From Elusimicrobiota bacterium (GTDB lineage Bacteria > Elusimicrobiota > Elusimicrobia > UBA1565 > UBA9628): 54,682 bases of DNA. The translations under genes and the position numbers were made by a program. The notes below the pieces were generated by a model. It was not told the DNA's origin. It saw nothing but the letters and a program-made list of their open reading frames with translations, and did not search any database. This document shows positions 44,748-54,467 of the stretch, in pieces. The stretch is taken from the NCBI GenBank assembly GCA_043745445.1, contig JAYTSX010000244.1, positions 1 to 54,682 on the forward strand, written 5' to 3'. Each line of letters begins with the position of its first letter. Position 1 is the stretch's first letter.

Positions 44748-47054
44748 ATGAAGCGTTTATTCGCGCCTTTGGCGCTGGCCTTTCTTCTCACTGTGTCAAC
44801 CGCGCGAGCCGCGGACGACACGGCCGACGCCCCCGCCGCGGTACCCGCCCCCGCGCCGCTCAATTGGCGCGTGGCTCCGGCCGACGCGAGCCCCGGCCCG
44901 ATGCTCAGCAGCCTGGCCGGCACGCCTTCGCGCGGATTGTTGCGTGATTTCAAGATGACACTCGACGGCCAGTCCGACAGCAAGGCGAAGACTGATCTTT
45001 TGTTGGTCATCAATGACCTGATCAAAAACGCCGACGCGATCAAGCCCGCCGATCAGCAGGTCTGGATCGACACTCATCTCGGCGAACTCAACAATGTGAT
45101 CCGCACCATGTCCAAGGACGCGCCCAAGGCGTTCGCCGTGCAGGCCGCGGCCCAGGCGGCCGGCCTCAACAACCGCGCCGAGCGGTGGAAGGAAGGCCGC
45201 GAGCTCGCCGATATCGCCATCAACTACGATCCCACGGACAAGGATGCGTTGATCAGCCGCTCGCAAGCGAGCTCCGCGCTCGGCGATTTCGCGCGCGGCT
45301 ACGCCGATGCCGATGCGGTGTTGCGCCGCACCCCGGACGCGGGCGGGGCCTGGACCGCGCGCGCTGCGGCCTCCTACGGTCTGGGCAATTACCTGCAGGC
45401 CGTCGAGGATGCGCGCCGGGCGCTGGCCGCCGATCCCAACGACAAGACCGCTTACGCGTTGATGAAGCTGTCCGAGGGCCGCACCGCCATCGCTCCGAAA
45501 TTCGAGAACGCGAGCCTGGCTCAGTCCGTCGAGCGCGAGTATCACGGCATGGTCCAGCAGTTGAACCAGGTCGAGTCTATCCGTCAGGCTCCGCCGGAGC
45601 ACCCCGCCGAAAAGGCGGTCAGGCGCTTCATTGAAACTGCGGGGTCGAAGCTCGCGGTCAAGGATTACCATGGCGCCATCGGCGAGGCCGACAAGGCTCT
45701 TGAGCTCGAGCCCGACAACAGTGATGCGCTGTTCTACCGCGCCGCGGCCGAGAACCTGCTGGGGCGTTACAGCGACGCCGACCGGGATGCTTCGCGAGGG
45801 CTGTCGATCGCGCCGTCAGCCGCCTTCCTGCGCGACGCCCGCTCCTGGGCGTACATCCGAATGGGCCGCTTCGCCGACGCGGTCGCTGACGCCAACCACT
45901 CGCTCGAGATCGATCCCAAGAATCCCTACGCCTTCGCCAATCGCGGACACGCGAACGAGGGCCGCGGCGACTACGAGGCGATGGCGGCCGACCTCAAGAC
46001 CGCGGCTGAGATCAACTCCCAGTTTGAGCCGGACTACCGCGACTCCGCCCGGCGGCACGGCCAAAATCCGGCGCAGCTGACGCATAACAGCGCGGGACAG
46101 CCGCTTATCGAGCAAATCCCGTCGCGCGCCCGCTCCTTCGGAGTCGTCCTCATCTTCACTTTGGCCGGCGGCCTGCTGATCGGCTTTGGGCTCATGCATG
46201 TCAATAACGGCCTGCGCAACGACCGCGAAAAGAACTCCCGCCCGCTTTCCGGCATCGAACAGCACTACGAACTCGGCAAGGCGATCGGTACGGGCGGCAT
46301 GGGCGTCGTCTACGAAGCTCTCGACAAGCGGCTCAAGCGTCAGGTCGCCATCAAGATGCTGCGCGAAGAGTTTCTCCTCGACGACGCGGCAAAGAAGTCC
46401 TTGATCGAGGAAGCCACCATGGTCGCCGAACTTCACCATCCCTCGATCGTGGACATTCACGCCATCGAGCAGGACGAGCGCGGCCTCTACCTCGTGTTCG
46501 AACGCCTCGAAGGCCGGACGCTCGACGAACTGATCACCGAACAAAAGCTTCTGCCGCTCACCGAGGTCAAACGCGTGCTCGGCCCCGTCTGCGCGGCGCT
46601 GGCTTACGCACACGAGCGCGGCGTCGTTCACCGCGATCTCAAGCCCGGCAACATCATGCTCCTCAAAGACGGCGGCGTGAAGGTCCTCGATTTCGGCATC
46701 TCACGCCATGCCGCACTCTCCGGCAAAGCTGCGGTCACGACCCAATCTGTCGTCGGCACCCCGCACTACATGGCCCCCGAGCAGGAGTACGGCGTCATCC
46801 GCCGCGAGAACGATGTGTTCGCGCTTGGTGCCGTGCTCTATGAGATGATCACCGGCGTGCGCCCCTACGACGGCACCACGCCCGCGAAGCTCGCCAAGAG
46901 CTACCTGCGCCCCTCGACCCGCGTCAACGGCCTGAGCCCGGAAGTAGACGCCCTGATCGACCGCTCACTCGAGCCCGACCCCGACAAGCGCCTCGCCACC
47001 CCCGCCGATTTTTGGACCGCGCTCGAGGCGATCAAAGACCGCCGTTCTTCGTAG
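44748..47054 (+). CDS. Receptor-like Ser/Thr kinase: signal peptide, TPR ectodomain, TM helix, kinase domain
   Basis: MKRLFAPLALAFLL; TPR repeats; TM FGVVLIFTLAGGLLIGFGLM; GTGGMGVVY, VAIK, HRDLKPGN, DFG and GTPHYMAPE. Confidence 0.9.
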   Translation: MKRLFAPLALAFLLTVSTARAADDTADAPAAVPAPAPLNWRVAPADASPGPMLSSLAGTPSRGLLRDFKMTLDGQSDSKAKTDLLLVINDLIKNADAIKPADQQVWIDTHLGELNNVIRTMSKDAPKAFAVQAAAQAAGLNNRAERWKEGRELADIAINYDPTDKDALISRSQASSALGDFARGYADADAVLRRTPDAGGAWTARAAASYGLGNYLQAVEDARRALAADPNDKTAYALMKLSEGRTAIAPKFENASLAQSVEREYHGMVQQLNQVESIRQAPPEHPAEKAVRRFIETAGSKLAVKDYHGAIGEADKALELEPDNSDALFYRAAAENLLGRYSDADRDASRGLSIAPSAAFLRDARSWAYIRMGRFADAVADANHSLEIDPKNPYAFANRGHANEGRGDYEAMAADLKTAAEINSQFEPDYRDSARRHGQNPAQLTHNSAGQPLIEQIPSRARSFGVVLIFTLAGGLLIGFGLMHVNNGLRNDREKNSRPLSGIEQHYELGKAIGTGGMGVVYEALDKRLKRQVAIKMLREEFLLDDAAKKSLIEEATMVAELHHPSIVDIHAIEQDERGLYLVFERLEGRTLDELITEQKLLPLTEVKRVLGPVCAALAYAHERGVVHRDLKPGNIMLLKDGGVKVLDFGISRHAALSGKAAVTTQSVVGTPHYMAPEQEYGVIRRENDVFALGAVLYEMITGVRPYDGTTPAKLAKSYLRPSTRVNGLSPEVDALIDRSLEPDPDKRLATPADFWTALEAIKDRRSS

Positions 47055-47075
47055 GCGCCCTAATTGGTGTCAGGC

Positions 47076-47750
47076 TTACCGGTTGACGGCGAGGAAGATC
47101 GTGTGGCGGTCGCTGCGCGCTTCGGTCGAAGAATCGACGCTTCGTTCCTCGACGTCAAAGCCGGCCTTGCGCAGGCGCATTCCGAAGGTCTTGTCCGGCG
47201 TGGAGGACCAGATCGCGAGGATGCCGTTGGGACGCAGTGCGGTGTAGGCCGCCGCGATGCCGTCCTGGGAGTAAAGCCAGTCGTTCGAGCCGCGCGTGAG
47301 GCCCTCGGGGCCGTTGTCCACATCGAGGAGAATCCCGTCGAACTCGGCGAGCTCCGTCTGCAGGCTGTGCGCCACGTCCTGGATCTTCACGACGACGCGC
47401 GGATCCTCGAGCGGGCGCCCCGCGAGGTCCGCGAGCACACCCTTGTTCCATTCGAGCACCGCCGGCATCAGCTCGGCGACGACCACCTGGCCCTTGGGGC
47501 CGAGCTCCTTGAGGGCGGCGGCAAGCGTGTAACCCATGCCGAGGCCGCCGATCAAAATACGCGCCTCGGGCAGGTGCTTGAGCATGCCGCAGACGATCTT
47601 CGCGAGCTCGTCCTCAGACTTATGTATCGAGCTGCTCATCAGCTCGACGCCCCCCACCCATATCGTGTAGATGCCATTCTTAATGGACAGGCGCATCCGT
47701 GAGCCGTCGCCATGGATTCGCACTTCGCCGAGCTCGTTCTCTTCTTCCAT
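47076..47750 (-). CDS. Spermidine-synthase-like SAM-dependent methyltransferase
   Basis: ELMSS, LIGGLGMGYTL and ILLDVDNGPEG. TGATG overlap with the EVE gene. Confidence 0.82.
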   Translation of the reverse strand: MEEENELGEVRIHGDGSRMRLSIKNGIYTIWVGGVELMSSSIHKSEDELAKIVCGMLKHLPEARILIGGLGMGYTLAAALKELGPKGQVVVAELMPAVLEWNKGVLADLAGRPLEDPRVVVKIQDVAHSLQTELAEFDGILLDVDNGPEGLTRGSNDWLYSQDGIAAAYTALRPNGILAIWSSTPDKTFGMRLRKAGFDVEERSVDSSTEARSDRHTIFLAVNR

Positions 47751-48214
47751 CAGGCGTTGCTGCCGCGCTTGACGATGGTCTTCCACTGTTGCGGCGTCAC
47801 TGGAATCACCGAGAGCCGTGAGCGTTTGAACAGCGCCATGTCCGCAAGCGCGGGCACGCCGCGCAGCTCGTCAAGAGACACGAGGCGTGCGAGCTTGGAG
47901 ACAAAGCGCAGGTCCACCTGAAACCAGACCGGATTCTCCGGCGTCGCGCGCGGCTCGAAGTATTCGCTCTTAGGATCAAACTGCGTCGGATCCGGATAGG
48001 CCGTGCGACTGACCACGGCCGTGCCCGCGACGCCGGAGGGAAGCGCGTTGGAGTGGTAAAACAGGACGCAGTCCCCTGTCTTCATCGACTTCATGAAGTT
48101 GCGCGCCTCGTAGTTGCGCACGCCGTTCCAGCCTTCCGTTTTCTTTTTGGCGAGGTCGTCGATGCCGAACACATCCGGCTCCGACTTCATAAGCCAGTGG
48201 CGTGAATCGCCCAT
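47750..48214 (-). CDS. EVE domain protein
   Basis: WLMKSEP, WNGVRNYEARN, FYHSN and SRLSV. Confidence 0.92.
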   Translation of the reverse strand: MGDSRHWLMKSEPDVFGIDDLAKKKTEGWNGVRNYEARNFMKSMKTGDCVLFYHSNALPSGVAGTAVVSRTAYPDPTQFDPKSEYFEPRATPENPVWFQVDLRFVSKLARLVSLDELRGVPALADMALFKRSRLSVIPVTPQQWKTIVKRGSNA

Positions 48215-49066
48215 TTAAAACGGCAGAAGGCGGCGCACCCGTCCTTCAATGAGGAAGAGCGCGGTGTCCTCGCCTTTGGCGTGCGTGGCGGCGAGATTGG
48301 CTTCGTCGACGGCGCGGTGCAGGGCGCTCATGTACTGGCGCATCACGCTCGAGGAGGCGCGCACGAGCTCAAGCCTCTCGCCGAACGGGCCGCCGCGGCG
48401 CTTGGCCATCGCGTCCCAGTAGCCGCGCACGCGATCAAGTAACGGCTCCATGCCTGTCGTGCGGCCGGGGAAGGTCCAAAACTTTCCGGGCTGGCGCGTC
48501 TTATAACGACCGGGTGAGGTCACGCGCAAAAGCTTGGCTTTCGTGAGCCGGTCGAGCGCCGTGGATGCGTCCTTCACCGAGCAGTCCAGCCCGTGCGCCA
48601 CTTCTTTGGGACCCCAAGAGCCGTTGTCGTTGAGCAGGAGCTCGGAGGTCCAGTAGGAGGTCTCATCAAGTGAAACCGCCGTGAACTGTTCCGGGTTCAT
48701 ATGCATCAGATGCTCGCGCTTGAGACGATCGAAGCCGCCCTGGGCAAGCGTCGGCGAGACCGACGGCACGCCCGCGCTGACTGAGCCGACGATGAGCTCA
48801 TACGCCTCGGGTGAGCCCAGCACATCGAGAAGATAGGCGCGGAACATCAGGCGCGCGCCCTCGGCCGCGGGAGCAAGGCGCAGGGCTTTAATGATCGCGC
48901 CGAAGGCCTCGGCGCGGGGCGCCTTGGCTCCTTTTTCGAGGCGCAAGTAGTGAACATAGGTGAATCCGAAGTGGCGGCGCCCGCCGTTGCGATGGTAAAA
49001 GCGGTAGGCCGACGGGAAACCGGCTTCGCGGCGCAGGGATAGAAGGGCTTCGGAGAAGGCGCTCAT
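48215..49066 (-). CDS. Hypothetical protein with N-terminal XRE-like HTH and central winged-helix-like segment
   Basis: FSEALLSLRREAGF...YLRLEKGAKAP and ALDRLTKAKLL. Confidence 0.55.
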   Translation of the reverse strand: MSAFSEALLSLRREAGFPSAYRFYHRNGGRRHFGFTYVHYLRLEKGAKAPRAEAFGAIIKALRLAPAAEGARLMFRAYLLDVLGSPEAYELIVGSVSAGVPSVSPTLAQGGFDRLKREHLMHMNPEQFTAVSLDETSYWTSELLLNDNGSWGPKEVAHGLDCSVKDASTALDRLTKAKLLRVTSPGRYKTRQPGKFWTFPGRTTGMEPLLDRVRGYWDAMAKRRGGPFGERLELVRASSSVMRQYMSALHRAVDEANLAATHAKGEDTALFLIEGRVRRLLPF

Positions 49067-49087
49067 ACGATCTGCCTGATCATACCA

Positions 49088-49615
49088 CTAGAGAAGCCGC
49101 GGCGTCCCGCCGTCGTCCCAGGCGATCGGCGTCAGCCCCAGCGTGCGAGCCGAGACGATCATGCGTTCAAGATAGGGCCCGAGCAGCTCCGGGATGAGGA
49201 GAACGGCGTCAGCACCCCCGGCGCGGGCGCGCTCAAGTTGCCAGACATCCACGACATAGTCCATCATCACGAGCAAAGCGTCAGGCACGGCCGCGCGGAC
49301 CGCGTCAAGGTGGAGATAATCGCCTGCGTGAAAATTGCGTTCGGTCCAGACACCTAGGCCCGTGGCGCCTCGTCCCACGGCCGAGACGGCCCGCCGCGCG
49401 GCGTACTCCGTCGTGACCTCGCCGCCGGAGACCAACAGGCCGCGGCCCGGCTCGGCGAAGCGCAAATCCATGACGATGCCGCGAAGAGCGGGCGTGAAAT
49501 CGCGGGGGGAGCGCGCGTAACCGGGGAGCGCCCGCAGGACCTCGACAGGCTGCTCCACCTTCAGGCGTTCGACGCGGCGCGCGGCGTGCGCGGCCATTCC
49601 GGCGATGTTTTCCAC
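49088..49615 (-). CDS. Degenerate, truncated indole-3-glycerol-phosphate synthase (TrpC)-like protein
   Basis: GATGLGVWTERNFHAGDY and DYVVDVWQLERARAGGADAVLLI. Only 175 aa; catalytic motifs altered. Confidence 0.65.
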   Translation of the reverse strand: MENIAGMAAHAARRVERLKVEQPVEVLRALPGYARSPRDFTPALRGIVMDLRFAEPGRGLLVSGGEVTTEYAARRAVSAVGRGATGLGVWTERNFHAGDYLHLDAVRAAVPDALLVMMDYVVDVWQLERARAGGADAVLLIPELLGPYLERMIVSARTLGLTPIAWDDGGTPRLL

Positions 49616-49640
49616 GGCGGCATGATATCATAGACGCCCC

Positions 49641-50519
49641 GTGATTCCCCTCCTTTACGGCCTCGTCTGCCTGATTTGGGGCTCGACCTGGCTCGCGATT
49701 AAGTTCGGCCTCGAAGGCGTGCCGCCATTTCTCGGCGCGGGCCTGCGCTTTACGCTCGCGGCCGCGATTTTATGGGCTCTCGTGTTTTTCGCGGGCCTCT
49801 CGCCTCGTCTTACGCCCCGCGGACGCCGCGCGGCCATCATCGCGGGAATACTCGGCTTTGGCATCGGCTACTCTCTCGTCTACTGGGCCGAGACCCGGGT
49901 GGCCACCGGCCTCGTCGCGGTGCTGTGCGCGGTGGCCCCGCTCATCACCGCCTTGCTCACCGCGTTCGTCGCTCGCACCGAAACCTTGACGCCCCGCAAG
50001 AGCGCCGGCATCGTCACCGGCATCGCCGGCGTCGTCGTTCTATTTTGGCCCCAGGGCGGCGTCGCCTCGGCCGACACCCTCGGGCTGTTGGCCGCGTTCG
50101 TGTCGAGCGTGGGCGCGGCGGGCAACCTCGTCGCGCAAAGCCTTTGGTCGAAGAAGGACGACGCGCGCGTGCTCAACGCCTGGTCGATGTCGCTTGGCGC
50201 GGCCTTGCTCCTGATCCTCAGCGCCGTCTTCGAACGCGGCGCGGTCGTGACCTGGACCCCGGCCAATGTCGGCGCGATTTTCTATCTCGCGATCCTGGGC
50301 TCTGTTGTCGCCTTCCTGTCCTACTACAAACTCATCCACGCTTTGCCGGCGACGCAGGTCAGCATGATCACTTTGATATTTCCCGTCGTGGCGATACTGT
50401 TGGGCCGGGTCGTTTTGGGCGAGAGGCTGACGGCCAATGCCGGCGTCGCAATCGCTCTGATCATAGGCGGGGTCGGCATGACGCTCGTGCGCCGCCGGGC
50501 CGCCGTTTCCGGCGCTTGA
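49641..50519 (+). CDS. EamA/DMT family transporter
   Basis: LIWGSTWLAIK, PPFLGAGLRF and YLAILGSVVAF; about 10 TM segments. Confidence 0.92.
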   Translation: MIPLLYGLVCLIWGSTWLAIKFGLEGVPPFLGAGLRFTLAAAILWALVFFAGLSPRLTPRGRRAAIIAGILGFGIGYSLVYWAETRVATGLVAVLCAVAPLITALLTAFVARTETLTPRKSAGIVTGIAGVVVLFWPQGGVASADTLGLLAAFVSSVGAAGNLVAQSLWSKKDDARVLNAWSMSLGAALLLILSAVFERGAVVTWTPANVGAIFYLAILGSVVAFLSYYKLIHALPATQVSMITLIFPVVAILLGRVVLGERLTANAGVAIALIIGGVGMTLVRRRAAVSGA

Positions 50520-50543
50520 CAATATCGCTCATCCGGCTACACT
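50516..50543 (+). promoter_or_regulatory. Sigma70-type promoter TTGACA-N16-TACACT
   Basis: Directly upstream of the pilin-like operon. Confidence 0.5.
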
Positions 50544-50562
50544 GAATCTCTAGAAGCGCGGA

Positions 50563-51183
50563 ATGAAACATCCCCCAAGCACCTTCACGATCGTCATCGA
50601 CCGCAAGGCGACGCTCGCCCTGCTGTCCGCCGTTGTCGTGCTCGGTGGCGCGGGTCTCCTGTATTCTCAGCAGTTGACCATGTCCGCCACCTATCCCATC
50701 CCCGCCGGCGTCTACAACCAAATCGTGACCACCGGCGACGCGGGAACGGTCGCGGCGGACACGACGCTGAACCGGAATCTCGGAAACACGATTCTCATCC
50801 CCCAGACGAACGCGGGCGGCCGGGTCGGCATCGGAACGACGACGCCAGCCTCCAAATTTTCGGTGGTCGGCGGCATCCAATTCGGTGACGATATCGCGCC
50901 TTGCACCGCGGCGAAAATCGGCACGGCGCGTTGGCACGCCGGCTTGCTAGAGATGTGCACGGGCACGAGCTGGCAAGGGCCAAGCGCCTCTCAGCTTCCA
51001 GCCGGAAGCTTAGCGGGCGGATGCAACTCCGCCGGTCACGCGACTCCCCCGGCGCTGAGCTGCTCTCACCCACCCTCTATGTCGGCCCTCATCTGTGAAC
51101 CCGGCTGGGTTCCCGCAGGCATGTGCGCGACTTCACCTTCCAGTGGACCCGGAACGGCTTGGGGATGCTGCGCCAAACAGTAG
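50563..51183 (+). CDS. Exported Cys-rich pilus-tip/adhesin-like protein
   Basis: N-terminal TM; GRVGIGTTTP repeat-type motif; multiple Cys in the C-terminal half. Confidence 0.55.
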   Translation: MKHPPSTFTIVIDRKATLALLSAVVVLGGAGLLYSQQLTMSATYPIPAGVYNQIVTTGDAGTVAADTTLNRNLGNTILIPQTNAGGRVGIGTTTPASKFSVVGGIQFGDDIAPCTAAKIGTARWHAGLLEMCTGTSWQGPSASQLPAGSLAGGCNSAGHATPPALSCSHPPSMSALICEPGWVPAGMCATSPSSGPGTAWGCCAKQ

Positions 51184-51605
51184 CCGGCGACGGCCGCGCC
51201 GGCTATTCGCTGATCGAAGTGATCGTCGCGGTACTGATCGCCTTAATCGCGGGAAGCTCGATCGCCGCGATGGCCCTGACGGGGCACCAATCAAAGGAGA
51301 CCTCCTTGCGGCGGACGCAGGCGACCCAGGTGATGCGACGACTGTCGGAAACGCTGAAACTGTACCGAACCGCAAGCACGACCGTCCTGGCGGGACCGGG
51401 AAGCGCACCGAATGGCTGGGGCCTCGCGGGCGACGCATGCATCTGTCCGGCGTTTCAAAACGGACGCCATGTTTTAGACCCGACCGTCTGGGCGCCGGAG
51501 CTCGCGGCCGCGGGCGGAACCGTGTCGTACACGGTCACGACCCGCGACACGAATCTCGGCCCGCTGCCGACCGTCGCCTTTGCCGTGAATTGGACGCACC
51601 CATGA
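51165..51605 (+). CDS. Prepilin-type (minor pilin, PilV-like) protein
   Basis: G|YSLIEVIVAVLIALIAG class III signal with E5. Confidence 0.75.
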   Translation: MLRQTVAGDGRAGYSLIEVIVAVLIALIAGSSIAAMALTGHQSKETSLRRTQATQVMRRLSETLKLYRTASTTVLAGPGSAPNGWGLAGDACICPAFQNGRHVLDPTVWAPELAAAGGTVSYTVTTRDTNLGPLPTVAFAVNWTHP

Positions 51606-52150
51606 ATCTGGTCGAGATAATGATCGCCACGACGCTGGGGATGGCCGTCATGATCGGCGGGCTGGATATTCTTGCTTTCGGCGCGCGGCATCAAATCGAC
51701 ACGGTGCGTCAGATGCGACTGCAGGGCGATGCCTCGCTGGCCTGGCGGACGATGGAAACCGCGCTGAGGCAATCGACCGTGGTCCTCACGCCCGCAAACG
51801 AGGCAACGACGACGGATATCCTGATGGGCTGTGAAAATTACGATCGACGCTCCGGAGTTCTTAATCCTTCGTTGCCGGTCACGGCCTATATGTTCTGCGA
51901 GAGCGCGGGGAAGCTCTACTATCACCGCGTGTCTCCCTCGACCTGCCCCATGATCGACCCGCCGAGTTGCGCCGCTACCGGAGCGATCATCGTGGCTGAT
52001 CATGTGTCCCACCGTCCCGGAACGGACTTCTACTTTTCCCGGCCATCCAAGGGTCTCGTTCGATTTGTCTTTGAGACCTCGTCCGCGGGCGCCTCCCAAT
52101 CGATGGATGTCACCGTCGCCTATAACGCCGCAGCGGGGACGAATCAATGA
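51602..52150 (+). CDS. Minor pilin-like (PilW-like) protein
   Basis: MNLVEIMIATTLGMAVMIGG with E5. ATGA overlaps on both sides. Confidence 0.65.
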   Translation: MNLVEIMIATTLGMAVMIGGLDILAFGARHQIDTVRQMRLQGDASLAWRTMETALRQSTVVLTPANEATTTDILMGCENYDRRSGVLNPSLPVTAYMFCESAGKLYYHRVSPSTCPMIDPPSCAATGAIIVADHVSHRPGTDFYFSRPSKGLVRFVFETSSAGASQSMDVTVAYNAAAGTNQ

Positions 52151-52488
52151 AGCTCGGGCGCCGGGGTTCGGTTCTAGGTTACGTCCTCGTCATGGTCGTC
52201 TGCCTCGGCTATGTCTCATCTCTGATCATGAGCGCGCGCATGCAGACCTCAAAAGGCGCGGCCAACGATACACGCCGAACTCAGGAGGATATGACCGTTC
52301 AATCGGCGGCCAACTCGGTCTCTGCCGCCTGGGCGTTGGCCGGAGCGACCTGCGCCTCCAACGCCCGACTGGGGGTGACTTGCGTGGGCAGCGGCTGCGC
52401 CTGCGTCTGCCGCCTGTCGTCAGGTGCCCGCGTCAGCGCGACTCCCTCGGGCGCGGGGTCTTCGTGCCGTCTCAGCGTCGAGCCTTAG
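52147..52488 (+). CDS. PilX-like minor pilin
   Basis: RRG|SVLGYVLVMVV (no E5); Cys-rich C-terminus. Confidence 0.6.
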   Translation: MKLGRRGSVLGYVLVMVVCLGYVSSLIMSARMQTSKGAANDTRRTQEDMTVQSAANSVSAAWALAGATCASNARLGVTCVGSGCACVCRLSSGARVSATPSGAGSSCRLSVEP

Positions 52489-53054
52489 GCGCGGCGCGGA
52501 TCGAGAAAGTTTTTCAGCATTTTCAGGCCCAGCGGCGTCGCGATCGATTCGGGATGAAATTGAACGCCCTCGACCGGGCGGTCGATAAGACGCAAGCCCA
52601 TCAAAGATCCATCTTCGGCACGCGCCGTGACAATAATATTTTTCGGCAGAGGTTCCGCGGCTACGAGACTGTGATAACGCGCGACCGTCACGCGTTTGGG
52701 CAGCCCTCGGAACAGCCCCTGACCGTCGTGAATGATCACACACGTTTTTCCGTGCATTAGCCGTTTGGCTCTTATAACAGGTCCGCCGTTCGCGAGCGCT
52801 ATCGCTTGATGCCCTAAGCAAACCCCGAGAACAGGGATCGTGAGCGGGGCTTTCTTGACGAGTTCTAGAAGTATCCCGGCGTCTTCAGGCCGGCCGGGGC
52901 CGGGGGACAAAATGATTCCGTTGGGTTTCAACGCCAAAATTTTTTTGACCGACAACGAATCGTTCCTCACCACTTTACAGTCGTGCTTTAAAAACCTCAC
53001 CGCCTGGTAAAGGTTGTAAGTAAACGAGTCATAATTATCCAAGAGCAATATCAC
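52485..53054 (-). CDS. trpG: Anthranilate/aminodeoxychorismate synthase component II
   Basis: DNYDSFTYNL, LSPGPG, GVCLGHQ, RYHSL and QFHPES. Confidence 0.9.
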   Translation of the reverse strand: MILLLDNYDSFTYNLYQAVRFLKHDCKVVRNDSLSVKKILALKPNGIILSPGPGRPEDAGILLELVKKAPLTIPVLGVCLGHQAIALANGGPVIRAKRLMHGKTCVIIHDGQGLFRGLPKRVTVARYHSLVAAEPLPKNIIVTARAEDGSLMGLRLIDRPVEGVQFHPESIATPLGLKMLKNFLDPRRA

Positions 53055-54421
53055 TTGATGCTCCCCAACGCTTTTCTCAATCCCGCCAGCTTATGCAAAA
53101 CCTCATTCCACTCCGCCGCCGGGCTTGAATCCGCGACGATGCCCGCGCCCGCCTGCAGGCGGACTTTATTCCCCTCAAGCTCAAGCGACCGAATCGCGAG
53201 GCATGAATCAAGATTCCCGGCGAAATCGGCCTGCACCACGGCCCCCGCATAAAACCCCCGCGGCGCCCGCTCGAGCCCCGCGATGATCTCCATCGCGCGC
53301 ACCTTCGGCGCCCCGCTGACCGTTCCGGCCGGGAACGACGCGACGAGCGCGTCCCAAGCGGTCTTCCCCTCGTCAAGTCGCCCCTCGACCTCGCTGACGA
53401 GATGCATCACGTTCGAAAATCGCCGCGTGAGCATGAAGCGTTTGACTTTGACCGAGCCCGGTGCGCACACCCGGCCCAAGTCGTTGCGCGCAAGATCCAC
53501 GAGCATCAGATGCTCGGCACATTCCTTCTCGCTGCCGCGCATCTCGGCCTCAAGACTCTTATCCTGGGCGCGCGTCTTACCGCGCGGGCGGGTTCCCGCA
53601 ATCGGGCAGTTGCGCGCCACGCCGTCGACGATGCGCACAAGCCGTTCGGGCGAAGCACCGATCCAGGCGCGCTCGCCGTCCAAGAGACAAAACCCATACG
53701 GCGTCACGTTCGCCGCGCGCACCGCGCGGTAAACGGCGAACGGGCCGCCTTGAACGCGGGCGCTGAAGGCATCCGACACGACAGCCTGGAAAACATCGCC
53801 GGCCACGATGTGTTTCTTGATCTTCGCGACGCTCTTGAGATATCGCGCGCGGCCGCGCGCGGCTTCCACCGGCAGAAGACGCCCGGACTGATTGAGAACC
53901 CGAATGGGACCCGCGCCGCGTAGGACGGACCTTAAACGAGCCGCGAGTTGTTTTGCTCTCTTTGCGCCACCGGCCCCGGAAACGAGCGCGCGCAGATTTG
54001 CCCTTCCGTTCTCGATGACGAGCGTCGCGTTGAACAGCATCATGAAGCCTTCGGCGACCATAGCGTTCATCTTGACCCGCTCGAGGTGGCGGATCATCTC
54101 GTAGTCGAGCAGACCGACCGCGCCGGCATCAAAAGGAAGGCCCCCCTTAACCCTGAAATTATTAAGACGCCTGCCGATTACAGCGAACGGCTCCCCTGAT
54201 ATTTTCTTCTTGCCGCGCGCCGTGAAGGAGTAGACGCGACCTTTAATAACCCTAAGGGTCTCAAACGGCTGCACCCCGATCCACGCCCGCCGCCGCCCGT
54301 CCTCGACTTTTTCGATCAGGTAGCCGCGCCCGCCCTCGCCCGCGAGACGCTCAAAGCAGGTCGCCGGATCAAGGCCGGTGTGGCCGAGATTAATTTTAAT
54401 GACGGACAGGGTTTTAGGCAT
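53051..54421 (-). CDS. trpE: Anthranilate synthase component I
   Basis: GDVFQAV, GASPE, PIAGTRPRG, EHLMLVDLARND, FPAGTVSGAPK and QAGAGIVADS. Start at ATG 54421 or GTG 54430. Confidence 0.88.
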   Translation of the reverse strand: MPKTLSVIKINLGHTGLDPATCFERLAGEGGRGYLIEKVEDGRRRAWIGVQPFETLRVIKGRVYSFTARGKKKISGEPFAVIGRRLNNFRVKGGLPFDAGAVGLLDYEMIRHLERVKMNAMVAEGFMMLFNATLVIENGRANLRALVSGAGGAKRAKQLAARLRSVLRGAGPIRVLNQSGRLLPVEAARGRARYLKSVAKIKKHIVAGDVFQAVVSDAFSARVQGGPFAVYRAVRAANVTPYGFCLLDGERAWIGASPERLVRIVDGVARNCPIAGTRPRGKTRAQDKSLEAEMRGSEKECAEHLMLVDLARNDLGRVCAPGSVKVKRFMLTRRFSNVMHLVSEVEGRLDEGKTAWDALVASFPAGTVSGAPKVRAMEIIAGLERAPRGFYAGAVVQADFAGNLDSCLAIRSLELEGNKVRLQAGAGIVADSSPAAEWNEVLHKLAGLRKALGSIK

Positions 54422-54434
54422 TGGGATCACTATC

Positions 54435-54466
54435 GATAATCACTAGTTCCGGAACGAGTGATTATC
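54435..54466. repeat. 32-bp near-perfect palindrome between aroQ and trpE
   Basis: GATAATCACT-A-GTTCC|GGAAC-G-AGTGATTATC, one mismatch. Confidence 0.75.
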
Positions 54467-54467
54467 A

